Source: a virus (Duplodnaviria; Caudoviricetes). Taken from it: a stretch of 35,742 nt of DNA. This document shows, one piece after another, positions 1-7,471 of the stretch. The notes beneath the pieces were generated by a model. The model was given only the letters and a program-made list of their open reading frames with translations. It had not been told where the DNA came from and ran no database searches. The stretch covers positions 1 through 35,742 of the IMG/VR virus record IMGVR_UViG_3300047282_000185; one strand, 5' to 3'. Position 1 is the first letter of the stretch; each line of letters opens with the position of its first letter. The position numbers were made by a program, and so were the translations under genes.

Positions 1-139
1 GGGCCATCGGGCCAGGGGCGCGGGGCATGTTGCGCGGGGCAAAACGGGCAGGGAGCGGAGCGGGCCCTTTATCCCCATAACCGCAAAGAAAAACCCGACG
101 CTACGTAAGCCAATACGTATGCATACTTTTGTGGGGGGT

Positions 140-347
140 CATGTGGACCAGTGGACCATGCATTTTCAGTTGGCGCCAGAATGCGCGGGCATGGACAATT
201 TCCGGCCATTCTCTATATATTTATATATTTTTCTATAGCATTTAAAGAATGATAGTCCACATGGTCCACAAGTCCGCGAACCCGCATGGATACTAGCTTT
301 GCGGTGGACACTGTCATGGTCCACGCATGGTCCACGCATGGTCCACA
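140..347. repeat. Putative replication origin: inverted iteron arrays around an AT-rich core
   Basis: GTGGACC at 143 and 151; AT-rich tract ~211-252; (G)GTCCAC at 255 and 263; three tandem 11-bp CATGGTCCAC(G/A) at 315, 326, 337. Two more GTGGACC copies at 35717 and 35726. Confidence 0.65.
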
Positions 348-386
348 CTAGCCAGGGCACTAGGGTAAACGCCTAGAAAAAAGCTA

Positions 387-415
387 TTGACAGCTGTCAG
401 ACAATCCCTTACGAT
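387..415 (+). promoter_or_regulatory. sigma70-type early promoter
   Basis: TTGACA (387-392), 17-bp spacer, TACGAT (410-415), 35 bp upstream of the ATG at 450; AGGA SD at 437-440. A perfect palindrome TGACAGCTGTCA (388-399) overlaps the -35. Confidence 0.8.
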
Positions 416-449
416 TCATCCGTCGTAACACTCCATAGGACACTACAGT

Positions 450-1205
450 ATGAACAAATTTCTCGGATTCATTGCTTATGAAGGCCCGTCCGCTATTGAC
501 GGCGCGCCCATTGTCGTTATCGTGAACAAGATTGACGACGGCTCGGACAATGCGAAAACGGGCGCAATTGTTCAATCATTCATCATCCGGTCCGACGTGG
601 CGCCGGTGGAAGCACTGCAAACCGGCGCGGACGAGTCCATATGCGGACAATGCGAACATCGTCCGCTACTGGCCAGGGAAACCGGGAAAGCGCCGTGCTA
701 TGTGCAAGTTGGCAAATCCGTGCAGTCCGTGTACCACGCCCACAAACGTGGCCGCTATACCCGCGCCGACACGGCCACGATTGCGCGCGCATTGGCGGGC
801 AAAATTGTCCGGCTCGGAACTTACGGGGATCCGGCCGCAGCGCCCGTCACAATGTGGGCTCAAATCACCCGCTACGCGGCGGGCCGTCGGGGCTATACGC
901 ATCAGTGGGACCGTCCGGATTTTGACGTGGCCGCATGGAGCCCGCTTGTCATGGCCAGCGCGGACACTATCGAACAAGCGGCGCGCGCGAATTTGCTAGG
1001 CATGCGGGTTTTCCGCGTGTCCGTCGGGGTTGACCGCCAGCCCGGCGAAACCGTATGTCCGGCCAGTGCCGAAGGGGGCCGCAAGTCTACATGCGCCAAA
1101 TGCGTGCTTTGTTCGGGTACGTCAATTCAGGCGCGCGATATCGTTATCGCGGACCATGCCGCTGGCCATAAGCGCCGCGTTATCGCAATTGGAGCCGCAG
1201 CATGA
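450..1205 (+). CDS. Cys-rich GP88/DUF7227-like early protein (possible Fe-S / radical-SAM-like fold)
   Basis: 251 aa; motifs NAKTG, CGQC...PCYV, VRLGTYGDP, GYTHQW, MASAD, CPAS...TCAKCVLC...H resemble phage GP88/DUF7227-type proteins (recognised from memory). Confidence 0.65.
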   Translation: MNKFLGFIAYEGPSAIDGAPIVVIVNKIDDGSDNAKTGAIVQSFIIRSDVAPVEALQTGADESICGQCEHRPLLARETGKAPCYVQVGKSVQSVYHAHKRGRYTRADTATIARALAGKIVRLGTYGDPAAAPVTMWAQITRYAAGRRGYTHQWDRPDFDVAAWSPLVMASADTIEQAARANLLGMRVFRVSVGVDRQPGETVCPASAEGGRKSTCAKCVLCSGTSIQARDIVIADHAAGHKRRVIAIGAAA

Positions 1206-1528
1206 AAACAATGATTGCAAAATATCCTGGCCGGTGCATCCGTACCGGCGCCAGCATCCGTCCGGGTGACTCCATTATCTGGCACGGGCGCGGGCGCGCC
1301 GAGCTGGCCGACGGGCCCACAATCCCGGCCGAGCTGGCCGCAGTGGCCGAACTTGATCCAGAGCTGGCCGCGTCGGATCCGGATGCGGCGCTGGCCGCTG
1401 GCCGTTATATGGCCCGGTCCCTGGCCCGGGGCGTGTCCGATATCTGGCGCGCCGATGGCCGCGAATATTACCGCAACAAGCGCGGCCGCTGTGAAGATGC
1501 ACCGTGCTGCGGATGCTGTAACGCGTGA
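1202..1528 (+). CDS. Hypothetical protein with C-terminal CEDAPCCGCC metal-binding motif
   Basis: 108 aa; ATGA overlap with the upstream gene; N-terminal AKYPGRC...IRPGD; C-terminal GRCEDAPCCGCC. Confidence 0.75.
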   Translation: MKTMIAKYPGRCIRTGASIRPGDSIIWHGRGRAELADGPTIPAELAAVAELDPELAASDPDAALAAGRYMARSLARGVSDIWRADGREYYRNKRGRCEDAPCCGCCNA

Positions 1529-1567
1529 TTTTCAGGAATAGGGGCCGTTCCCCTATTCCGGACAATC
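1527..1567 (+). promoter_or_regulatory. Intergenic RNA hairpin (RNase III-type processing site or stabiliser)
   Basis: GATTTTCAGGAATAGGGG-CCGTT-CCCCTATTCCGGACAATC: 18-bp stem with 2 mismatches, no U-tract. Confidence 0.5.
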
Positions 1568-1589
1568 CGGTCCGACAATGGAGTGCACT

Positions 1590-1727
1590 ATGGGAAAAAT
1601 TGTCATTATTCAACTATTCGGGCGCCCGACGCGGTGCCGGATCCTGGCCCGGCATGGCCGTTACACGATGGACGTCGAGCGACTATCTGACGGCCAGTGT
1701 TTCCGCGTATCCGGACTAGGGGGCTAA
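1590..1727 (+). CDS. Small hypothetical early protein (45 aa, MGKIVIIQLFGRPTRCRIL...)
   Basis: Translated by hand; GGAG SD at 1580-1583; fills the operon gap. Confidence 0.6.
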   Translation: MGKIVIIQLFGRPTRCRILARHGRYTMDVERLSDGQCFRVSGLGG

Positions 1728-1729
1728 CC

Positions 1730-1819
1730 ATGCACATCCGCGATTCTTGGAGTGCCCTTATCGTCGCGGCCATTCTGGCCGTGCCTTTTGTGATCTACTT
1801 CTGGAGCATGAAACCATGA
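1730..1819 (+). CDS. 29-aa single-TM microprotein (MHIRDSWSALIVAAILAVPFVIYFWSMKP)
   Basis: Translated by hand; starts 2 nt after the upstream stop; ATGA overlap with the next gene; one hydrophobic helix. Confidence 0.6.
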   Translation: MHIRDSWSALIVAAILAVPFVIYFWSMKP

Positions 1820-2223
1820 AAAACGTAACCATTGGCCGGACCCGGTACACGGTCCTTGATTCTCGCGACGTTTTCGCGTCGCATGCCCTAGCCACGGGCA
1901 AACATAAGCGCCAGAAGTCCAAAGGCGCGGAAAAGCGACAATTCCCGGTGTTTAACCCGGACATGTCCACGGCGGAATACGTCCGCCAATACTTCGCGTT
2001 GAACACGTCACGCAAAATTGCAGCCTTCGATCCCTTGCACACTTTGCAATTCGAGCCCTTGCGGACGGAACCCTGCCACGCGGCGCAGGGGGAAGAATCC
2101 TATTCTGAAGTATGCCCGGCATGCGGAAGCGAAGAATTCACGCCTCAGTTTGCGTTAGTAACGGGCATTGAGACTACCTATCAATCCTGCGACGAGTGCG
2201 GGCACCAGTGGGGGCACGAATGA
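1816..2223 (+). CDS. Hypothetical protein with C-terminal zinc ribbon
   Basis: ATG at 1816 with GGAG SD; CPACG...CDECGHQW zinc-ribbon pattern. Confidence 0.7.
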   Translation: MKNVTIGRTRYTVLDSRDVFASHALATGKHKRQKSKGAEKRQFPVFNPDMSTAEYVRQYFALNTSRKIAAFDPLHTLQFEPLRTEPCHAAQGEESYSEVCPACGSEEFTPQFALVTGIETTYQSCDECGHQWGHE

Positions 2224-2435
2224 ACACCTACACAATCAACCCCTGGGGTTTCGAGATGACAGTCCACGCGGACGTGGAACCCGGCGAGCCCATGACATGG
2301 GACCACCCGGGCGCACCGCCCCTGGCCGATATCTTCCATGTCTACGTCGGGGGCGTGGACATTGTGGAAATGCTCAATAACGCGCAATTCGCGCGGATTG
2401 AAGAGCACGTCCTACGGGCGGAGGATTACGTTTGA
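2220..2435 (+). CDS. Acidic hypothetical early protein (71 aa)
   Basis: ATGA coupling at 2220; MNTYTINPWGFEMTVHADVEPGEP... Confidence 0.65.
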   Translation: MNTYTINPWGFEMTVHADVEPGEPMTWDHPGAPPLADIFHVYVGGVDIVEMLNNAQFARIEEHVLRAEDYV

Positions 2436-2686
2436 TCTACGCTACCCTCGCCCTCCTGCTCCGGGTTATACTCGGGCGCCATCGCTAGTTTTTGCCCCTT
2501 CGGGGGCTTTTTCTTTTTGAAGCGCTGGCGCATCCAGAATGTCAGGGGCACCCCTGGGCGGTACCCTAAGCGCCAAAGGTGCCAGTAAGCGGCCAGGGCC
2601 TCGCGCACGCCAGCGGTCATTTGGCCCTCGCCCACAATGCGCGCGAGTTCGGCCTCGGCCTTGGTTAAAACTACGCCATGTTTCAC
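2426..2686 (-). CDS. Hypothetical protein, last gene of the leftward replication operon
   Basis: GTGA overlap with the primase stop; N-terminal half looks helical (AEAELARIVGEGQMTAGVREAL); C-terminus runs through the convergent terminator. Confidence 0.45.
   Translation of the reverse strand: MKHGVVLTKAEAELARIVGEGQMTAGVREALAAYWHLWRLGYRPGVPLTFWMRQRFKKKKPPKGQKLAMAPEYNPEQEGEGSVDQT
2432..2488 (+). CDS. Possible 18-aa hydrophobic micropeptide (MIYATLALLLRVILGRHR)
   Basis: TTG start overlapping the upstream stop; GGAGG SD at 2420-2424; ends just before the terminator. Confidence 0.3.
   Translation: MIYATLALLLRVILGRHR
2494..2518 (+). terminator. Rho-independent terminator of the early operon
   Basis: GCCCC-TTCG-GGGGC followed by TTTTTCTTTTT (cUUCGg tetraloop). 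Confidence 0.85.
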
Positions 2687-4914
2687 GCGACAAGCCGCCG
2701 AAGGTCTGAATTGGACATGTCCGCCAGTTCCGGCGCGCAGAACACTTGCTTTTTGACGTCAAATTCACGCGACTTGATCCGGCCTCGGTCAATCCAGCCG
2801 GCCTCCTTCAGCGCATGAAAGAGGGCCGCCTGGGGCACCTTCACGCCTGCGGGCATATGGGCTTGCAGGCGGTCACAAAGCGGATGAAAAGGCGCGCCTA
2901 TCACGCCCTTCGCAAAATCGCCCACACGGCGTTGCATCATGTCAACCAGCATGGATTCAGCCGTGCTCATCCCGTGTTCGACCATGATGGCCTTGGCCTC
3001 GGTCATGGGCGGCGGCGCGGTCGGGTTCCAAGCCGACACGTCGCGGGTGTGCAGGTACGCAGCGACGGCCTCGAAACCGCCACGGTGCTGATACCAATTC
3101 CACAGCGCCACGGCATCGGCTTCGGGCAGACGCGGCAGGTCAGCCCAGAGGCAAAACCAGCGCCTGTCTTCGGAAGGGATAGAGATAGCGGCGCGTTCGT
3201 TGGAGAACGCGACGACAAAGACGCGGTTTAGCGCCATGTACGGGTGTAGCCCTTTGCGGTTGACGGGCAGCAACTCGGGCGGCGCGGCGATGATGGGCTT
3301 GAGTTGGTTTTCCAGCGCACGGCGATCCTTGGCTTCAGTTTGACGAAGCTCGGCGATCTCCATCACCTCGCATTCGAGCGAGTAGCCCCATTGCGACGTA
3401 ATGTCTTCGTTCTTGACCAGCGAGCAATTGGTCTTGGTGGCCCCGCCGATGGCCCAGAAGAACGGGGCAAAGAGCGTATCCTTGCCGCAGCCCGGATTGC
3501 CGCCCATCAGGATCGCGTGGTTGATCTTGTGCCCGGGAAACTGCACCTTATGGGCCAGGGCGTTTAGGAGGTGCTCGCGCTCGAAGTCGACGGGGACAAG
3601 GCGCTCGACATGGCGCAGCCACGGGGTTACGTCCCCTGCTTTCGGTTGCGGTCTTGCGTTGCGCCAGCGGTTGCCGTATTCATGGCCCTCGCGTTTGACG
3701 ATCACATCCTGCCCGGCGGCGTAGGTGATGCCCACTAGGGCCTTCGCGCCCTTGGCCTGTCGCTGCTCGTCAAACGAGATGGCGGGTTCGATCTTGCGGT
3801 TATTGTGAATCGACTTGCAGCCGATATGGCGAAACAGGGCGTTGAACGTGCCCCGCGACAGTTCCCGGCGGTCTTGCAGATCGAAATAGGCATCATCCTC
3901 TTGGATATAGGCGAAGCGGTCCCACCATTCGGCCTTCTCAAGGCGCGCGGCTTCCTTGCGCTCAGTTTCGGCCACGATCACGGCGGCGGCGTCGGGGAAC
4001 GATTCAGTTGGCGTGAGTTTCGACAGGGCCGCATCCATCGCGCCCACCAGCAAGTCCTCGCGCAACCCCGGCGCGTGTTTCGGCCCGCCGTTGTCGGCCA
4101 CCCATTGCAGGAATTCCGTGCTGCCGAGTTCCGTGCAATGGCCGTGATAGCAGCAATATGCGCGATTCAGGGGCATGTAGCGCCCCTCGACGTTGCCGTC
4201 GGTATGCTGCGCGCTATTGGGGCACACGACACCCGCCCACCCTTCGTGGTTCGGGCGCGACAGGAGCAGCCCCTGCGATGAGAGCCACGCGAGCACATCG
4301 TCCTGGCCCGTGTCGTCCATCTTAATCGGGCGCAGTTCCTCCTGGGGTGCGTGGGGCGTCACGCCCAGCGCGGTGCAGATTTCCTCTAACGTGTATTCGA
4401 TCTTGGGGTCGAAATGCGTCAGCACGGCTTCGAAGCCATTCATCCCCGGCTTGTTGTTCACGGAGCCCGGCAGGCGAAAATTTCGCACGGCGTTGCTTGC
4501 GCCCGGGTCGGTGTAGCCTGCCTCGGCAATAGCCAGCATCGCGCCTACGAACGCGCCCTTAGTCGGCTGTTCGGAAAAGGCGTAGCCCCATTGGAAGTTG
4601 CCCGGCGAGGTTTCGATCTTCCATGTGGGGGCAAGCGGGGGCTCTTTGGCCTTGGTTCCGATGTCGTCCAGCATCATCACGAGGACATACTCGCAGTTCG
4701 CCTTGGAGGCGCTGGGCACGCCGTCCTTGAAGCGGTCCACGATGAAGCTGCCCGTATTGCCGAACCACGCGCCCTTCTTGCCCGGCTTGAGCGACGCAGG
4801 CCACGTTGCTTTGGGTTTGCCGTCGGCGTAAGTGCCACCGATGAGTTTTTGCTGCACGAAGAGGGCCGTCTCGCCCTCGGGGGCCAACCCCATGATGAAG
4901 TCAACGAAGTTCAC
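2683..4914 (-). CDS. Primase-helicase (RepB/AEP-like primase + Zn motif + DUF5906/NrS-1-like SF3 helicase)
   Basis: MLDDIG, IETSPGNFQWGY, RLPGSVN primase motifs; CPNSAQH...CCYHGHC; Walker A GNPGCGKD; FSNE and DRRW. GTG start at 4914 overlaps the polymerase stop. Confidence 0.85.
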   Translation of the reverse strand: MNFVDFIMGLAPEGETALFVQQKLIGGTYADGKPKATWPASLKPGKKGAWFGNTGSFIVDRFKDGVPSASKANCEYVLVMMLDDIGTKAKEPPLAPTWKIETSPGNFQWGYAFSEQPTKGAFVGAMLAIAEAGYTDPGASNAVRNFRLPGSVNNKPGMNGFEAVLTHFDPKIEYTLEEICTALGVTPHAPQEELRPIKMDDTGQDDVLAWLSSQGLLLSRPNHEGWAGVVCPNSAQHTDGNVEGRYMPLNRAYCCYHGHCTELGSTEFLQWVADNGGPKHAPGLREDLLVGAMDAALSKLTPTESFPDAAAVIVAETERKEAARLEKAEWWDRFAYIQEDDAYFDLQDRRELSRGTFNALFRHIGCKSIHNNRKIEPAISFDEQRQAKGAKALVGITYAAGQDVIVKREGHEYGNRWRNARPQPKAGDVTPWLRHVERLVPVDFEREHLLNALAHKVQFPGHKINHAILMGGNPGCGKDTLFAPFFWAIGGATKTNCSLVKNEDITSQWGYSLECEVMEIAELRQTEAKDRRALENQLKPIIAAPPELLPVNRKGLHPYMALNRVFVVAFSNERAAISIPSEDRRWFCLWADLPRLPEADAVALWNWYQHRGGFEAVAAYLHTRDVSAWNPTAPPPMTEAKAIMVEHGMSTAESMLVDMMQRRVGDFAKGVIGAPFHPLCDRLQAHMPAGVKVPQAALFHALKEAGWIDRGRIKSREFDVKKQVFCAPELADMSNSDLRRLVA

Positions 4915-6851
4915 TTCCCATACCTTTCCATCACTTTGACGCCCGCATTCAGGGGCAAATCGCTCGCCCACGCGGGCGGCGTACACATCACACGTTTAAG
5001 GTTTTCTGCGGCCTGGGGATCGCTCGTTTCGAGGACAATCTCGTCGTGAACGTGGAGCACCACGTCGTCGAGTTGGCGCAGCGCGTGACGCAGCAGATCG
5101 TTCGCGGTGGCCTGCGTGATATTTTCACACGCCAGACCCTTCCACAAACGCCCGCGCGGCCATTCTTTTGCGTCCACTGAAGGCTTCCATGCGCTTTTTG
5201 CATACGTCACGCCCTCGGCCTCCAGGCGGGCGTATGGATAGCAAAGTATGCGGCCCGACGGCAATGCATACCAAAGATGCTGGCCGTCGAACATGTACGT
5301 TACCTTGCCCGCCTTGAACTCATGGCCCCGGTTACGCATTGCGCGGGTGTAGGCGGCTTCCAAGTCCTGCCAGTAGGCCACGGCCCAGGAGTTAGCGCGC
5401 CGCCATGCATCGACGATCCGGCGGGCGTCGGACTCGGGCAGCGTAATGCCGTAGTTGCGGCCCATCGCGGCGAACGCGCCTACGCCGCCAGCAAAACCTA
5501 GCGACAGGATGGCCACCTTGCCGATCTGGCGCTCGTCGGACTCGGGGCCGATCTGGTCCTCGGGCATGCGGTAAATCCCCGCCGCCTCGCGGATGTAGAT
5601 GTCGCGGCCAGCGCGAAAAACGTCCAGCACCTCCTGCGCCTGGGGTTGGTTGCTCGCCCAAGGCGTGACGCGCGCCTCGACGGCAGACCAGTCGGCCACG
5701 ACGAACTTCTTGCCCTTGGCCGGGATCAGTGAGGGCCTGAGCATTCCCCGTAAGACATCAGTAACGCGCTTTCCAAATCTTGGTACAACTGCATGGCCTC
5801 GGACCATCGCAGTTCTAACAGCTTCGGGTTCGCGGGAACACTTACGTGTAAAGTTATGGACTTGGGCTCCGTAGGAACTGGCGCGGCCTGTGGCGCTTCC
5901 TCCGGCAAAGACGAAAGCTCCGCGAACTCGACCATCCTCCTCATCAGCAAGTTGTGCGAGGCGGCTGAACTTCGCAACCGAAGACGCCCAGAGGTCGTCC
6001 GCGCATTGAATGACTTCGGCCACATCGGGCGGGACTTCATCGGGATCCTCCATTGCGAGCAGGTTAGCCCGCACGCTCTTGTCGATTGAATACTTGTCGT
6101 CTTTGAGCATCAGGCGCTTGGCCTGCGGCCCGACGCGCTCTAGCACCCACTCGCGCATACGCGGGGAGCGAACGCTGGTGATCTCGCCTTCTGTGACCTC
6201 GACGACGATCTTTTGAATCTCTTCGGTCTCAGCCTGCGCGTACTTGATCGCGGCCTTGCAAAGCTCAACGTCTACCAGCACGCCCCGGTCATTGATGCGC
6301 TCGTTGGCATGATAATCGGCCAGTTCCTCGGGCGACAGGCCGCGCAGGCCCTTGCTGACCGCGCGCATGGCGCGCACATCCTGTTCGCAGTATTCGATCA
6401 GTTCGGGCAGCAGTTCGGTGTTGTACGGCGGCATGCAGCACTGGCGAACCAGATGCGCGCCCCGGTGGTCCTTCTTCATGGACGCGCCAGCAAAGCGGCC
6501 AACGTCCTCCAGCGATCCCGGCGCGCAGTTGGCGCGGGCTTGTGTTGCAGTGCAGTAAAACTGCTCTAGGGCGAAGTTCTGTTGCAGCACATACCAGAAG
6601 ATCAGGCGCTCGAACGCGGCGTTATGGGCGCGGATTTGACCAGTGTGCTGGGCCACCCGTATAGGAAACGGGTTTTTCTGTATACGTCCCTGGGCATCTG
6701 TATAGGTAGGCGTCCAAGTCTGAACGTCTTCATCGTCAAACGCATAGGACATGCACAAGACATCGGTGCTCGCGTCCTGCGCGTAGTTGTAAACGCCCGC
6801 GACTGTTAGGTCGCAGGCGCTACGGGTCTCAAAATCAACCCAAAGGATCAT
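4911..6851 (-). CDS. polA: Family A DNA polymerase with 3'-5' exonuclease
   Basis: Exo motifs DFET, HNAAFE, YCEQD; TGRASS; motif A ADWSAVEAR; motif B RQIGKVAILSLGF; motif C VHDE. ATG at 6851. Confidence 0.95.
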   Translation of the reverse strand: MILWVDFETRSACDLTVAGVYNYAQDASTDVLCMSYAFDDEDVQTWTPTYTDAQGRIQKNPFPIRVAQHTGQIRAHNAAFERLIFWYVLQQNFALEQFYCTATQARANCAPGSLEDVGRFAGASMKKDHRGAHLVRQCCMPPYNTELLPELIEYCEQDVRAMRAVSKGLRGLSPEELADYHANERINDRGVLVDVELCKAAIKYAQAETEEIQKIVVEVTEGEITSVRSPRMREWVLERVGPQAKRLMLKDDKYSIDKSVRANLLAMEDPDEVPPDVAEVIQCADDLWASSVAKFSRLAQLADEEDGRVRGAFVFAGGSATGRASSYGAQVHNFTRKCSREPEAVRTAMVRGHAVVPRFGKRVTDVLRGMLRPSLIPAKGKKFVVADWSAVEARVTPWASNQPQAQEVLDVFRAGRDIYIREAAGIYRMPEDQIGPESDERQIGKVAILSLGFAGGVGAFAAMGRNYGITLPESDARRIVDAWRRANSWAVAYWQDLEAAYTRAMRNRGHEFKAGKVTYMFDGQHLWYALPSGRILCYPYARLEAEGVTYAKSAWKPSVDAKEWPRGRLWKGLACENITQATANDLLRHALRQLDDVVLHVHDEIVLETSDPQAAENLKRVMCTPPAWASDLPLNAGVKVMERYGK

Positions 6852-6853
6852 CG

Positions 6854-7471
6854 TTACGCAGCGCGACGACGACGGGTCGGAGCGGCTTCCTCTTCGGGAG
6901 CGCCCTCCATGCTCACCCACTCAACGATTTCGAAGAGCGGGGTGTAGATACGGCCATAGCTCTTGTGCTGATAGTGCTCCTTCTTCAGGCGCACGATAGC
7001 CACGGGCTTAGACTGATCTTTCTCGACCTGATCGGCCAGGGCAACTGCGAGGGTTTGCACAGCCCGCTTGCCGCCCACCGAAGTGGTCGTAAAGCGCGCT
7101 TCCGTGCCCTTGTCAGAACCCGTGACGCATTTCAGGCTCAGGCCCACTTGCGTCTCCCAGCCCTTCTTAGCGTTGGGCGGGGCGGCGTCAAGTTCAGGCA
7201 GAGGCTGCGACACCGACACCATCTTTTCCCCGAGGACTTCGCCGTCGCCCCAGGCGATATAGCCGTGGACGAAGGAGAACGGATTGACAGCCCAGGTCGA
7301 GCCGTCATCCACCTCGGTTTGATCCGCGCCATAGACCCAGTGGCCGGTCTTGTCCATCTTGAGGATGGCCATACCGACGCCGGGCGCGTCAGTGTGCAAC
7401 TGGCGCAGGGCGGTGGTCAGGGTGGTGACTGCGGGAAGGTTAGCAGCCGAGAACGTGGTGAGATTGGACAT
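6854..7471 (-). CDS. Putative single-stranded DNA-binding protein
   Basis: 205 aa, beta-rich with aromatic residues; lies between the Cas4-like nuclease and PolA, the usual SSB position in this module type. Confidence 0.55.
   Translation of the reverse strand: MSNLTTFSAANLPAVTTLTTALRQLHTDAPGVGMAILKMDKTGHWVYGADQTEVDDGSTWAVNPFSFVHGYIAWGDGEVLGEKMVSVSQPLPELDAAPPNAKKGWETQVGLSLKCVTGSDKGTEARFTTTSVGGKRAVQTLAVALADQVEKDQSKPVAIVRLKKEHYQHKSYGRIYTPLFEIVEWVSMEGAPEEEAAPTRRRRAA

Noticed and set aside
315-347. Short repeats as a mini-CRISPR array
   Set aside because: The units are 9-11 bp, directly tandem and have no spacers; they fit iterons better.
4915-4986. Longest-ORF N-terminal extensions (primase to 4986, PolA to 6920, and 13864, 27716, 28464, 25182)
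   Set aside because: They overlap upstream genes; downstream starts with stop-start coupling or SD sites are more plausible.
4911-6851. Polymerase as a DpoZ or modified-base system
   Set aside because: No purZ, datZ, mazZ, queuosine-pathway or other base-modification genes were recognised in the genome.
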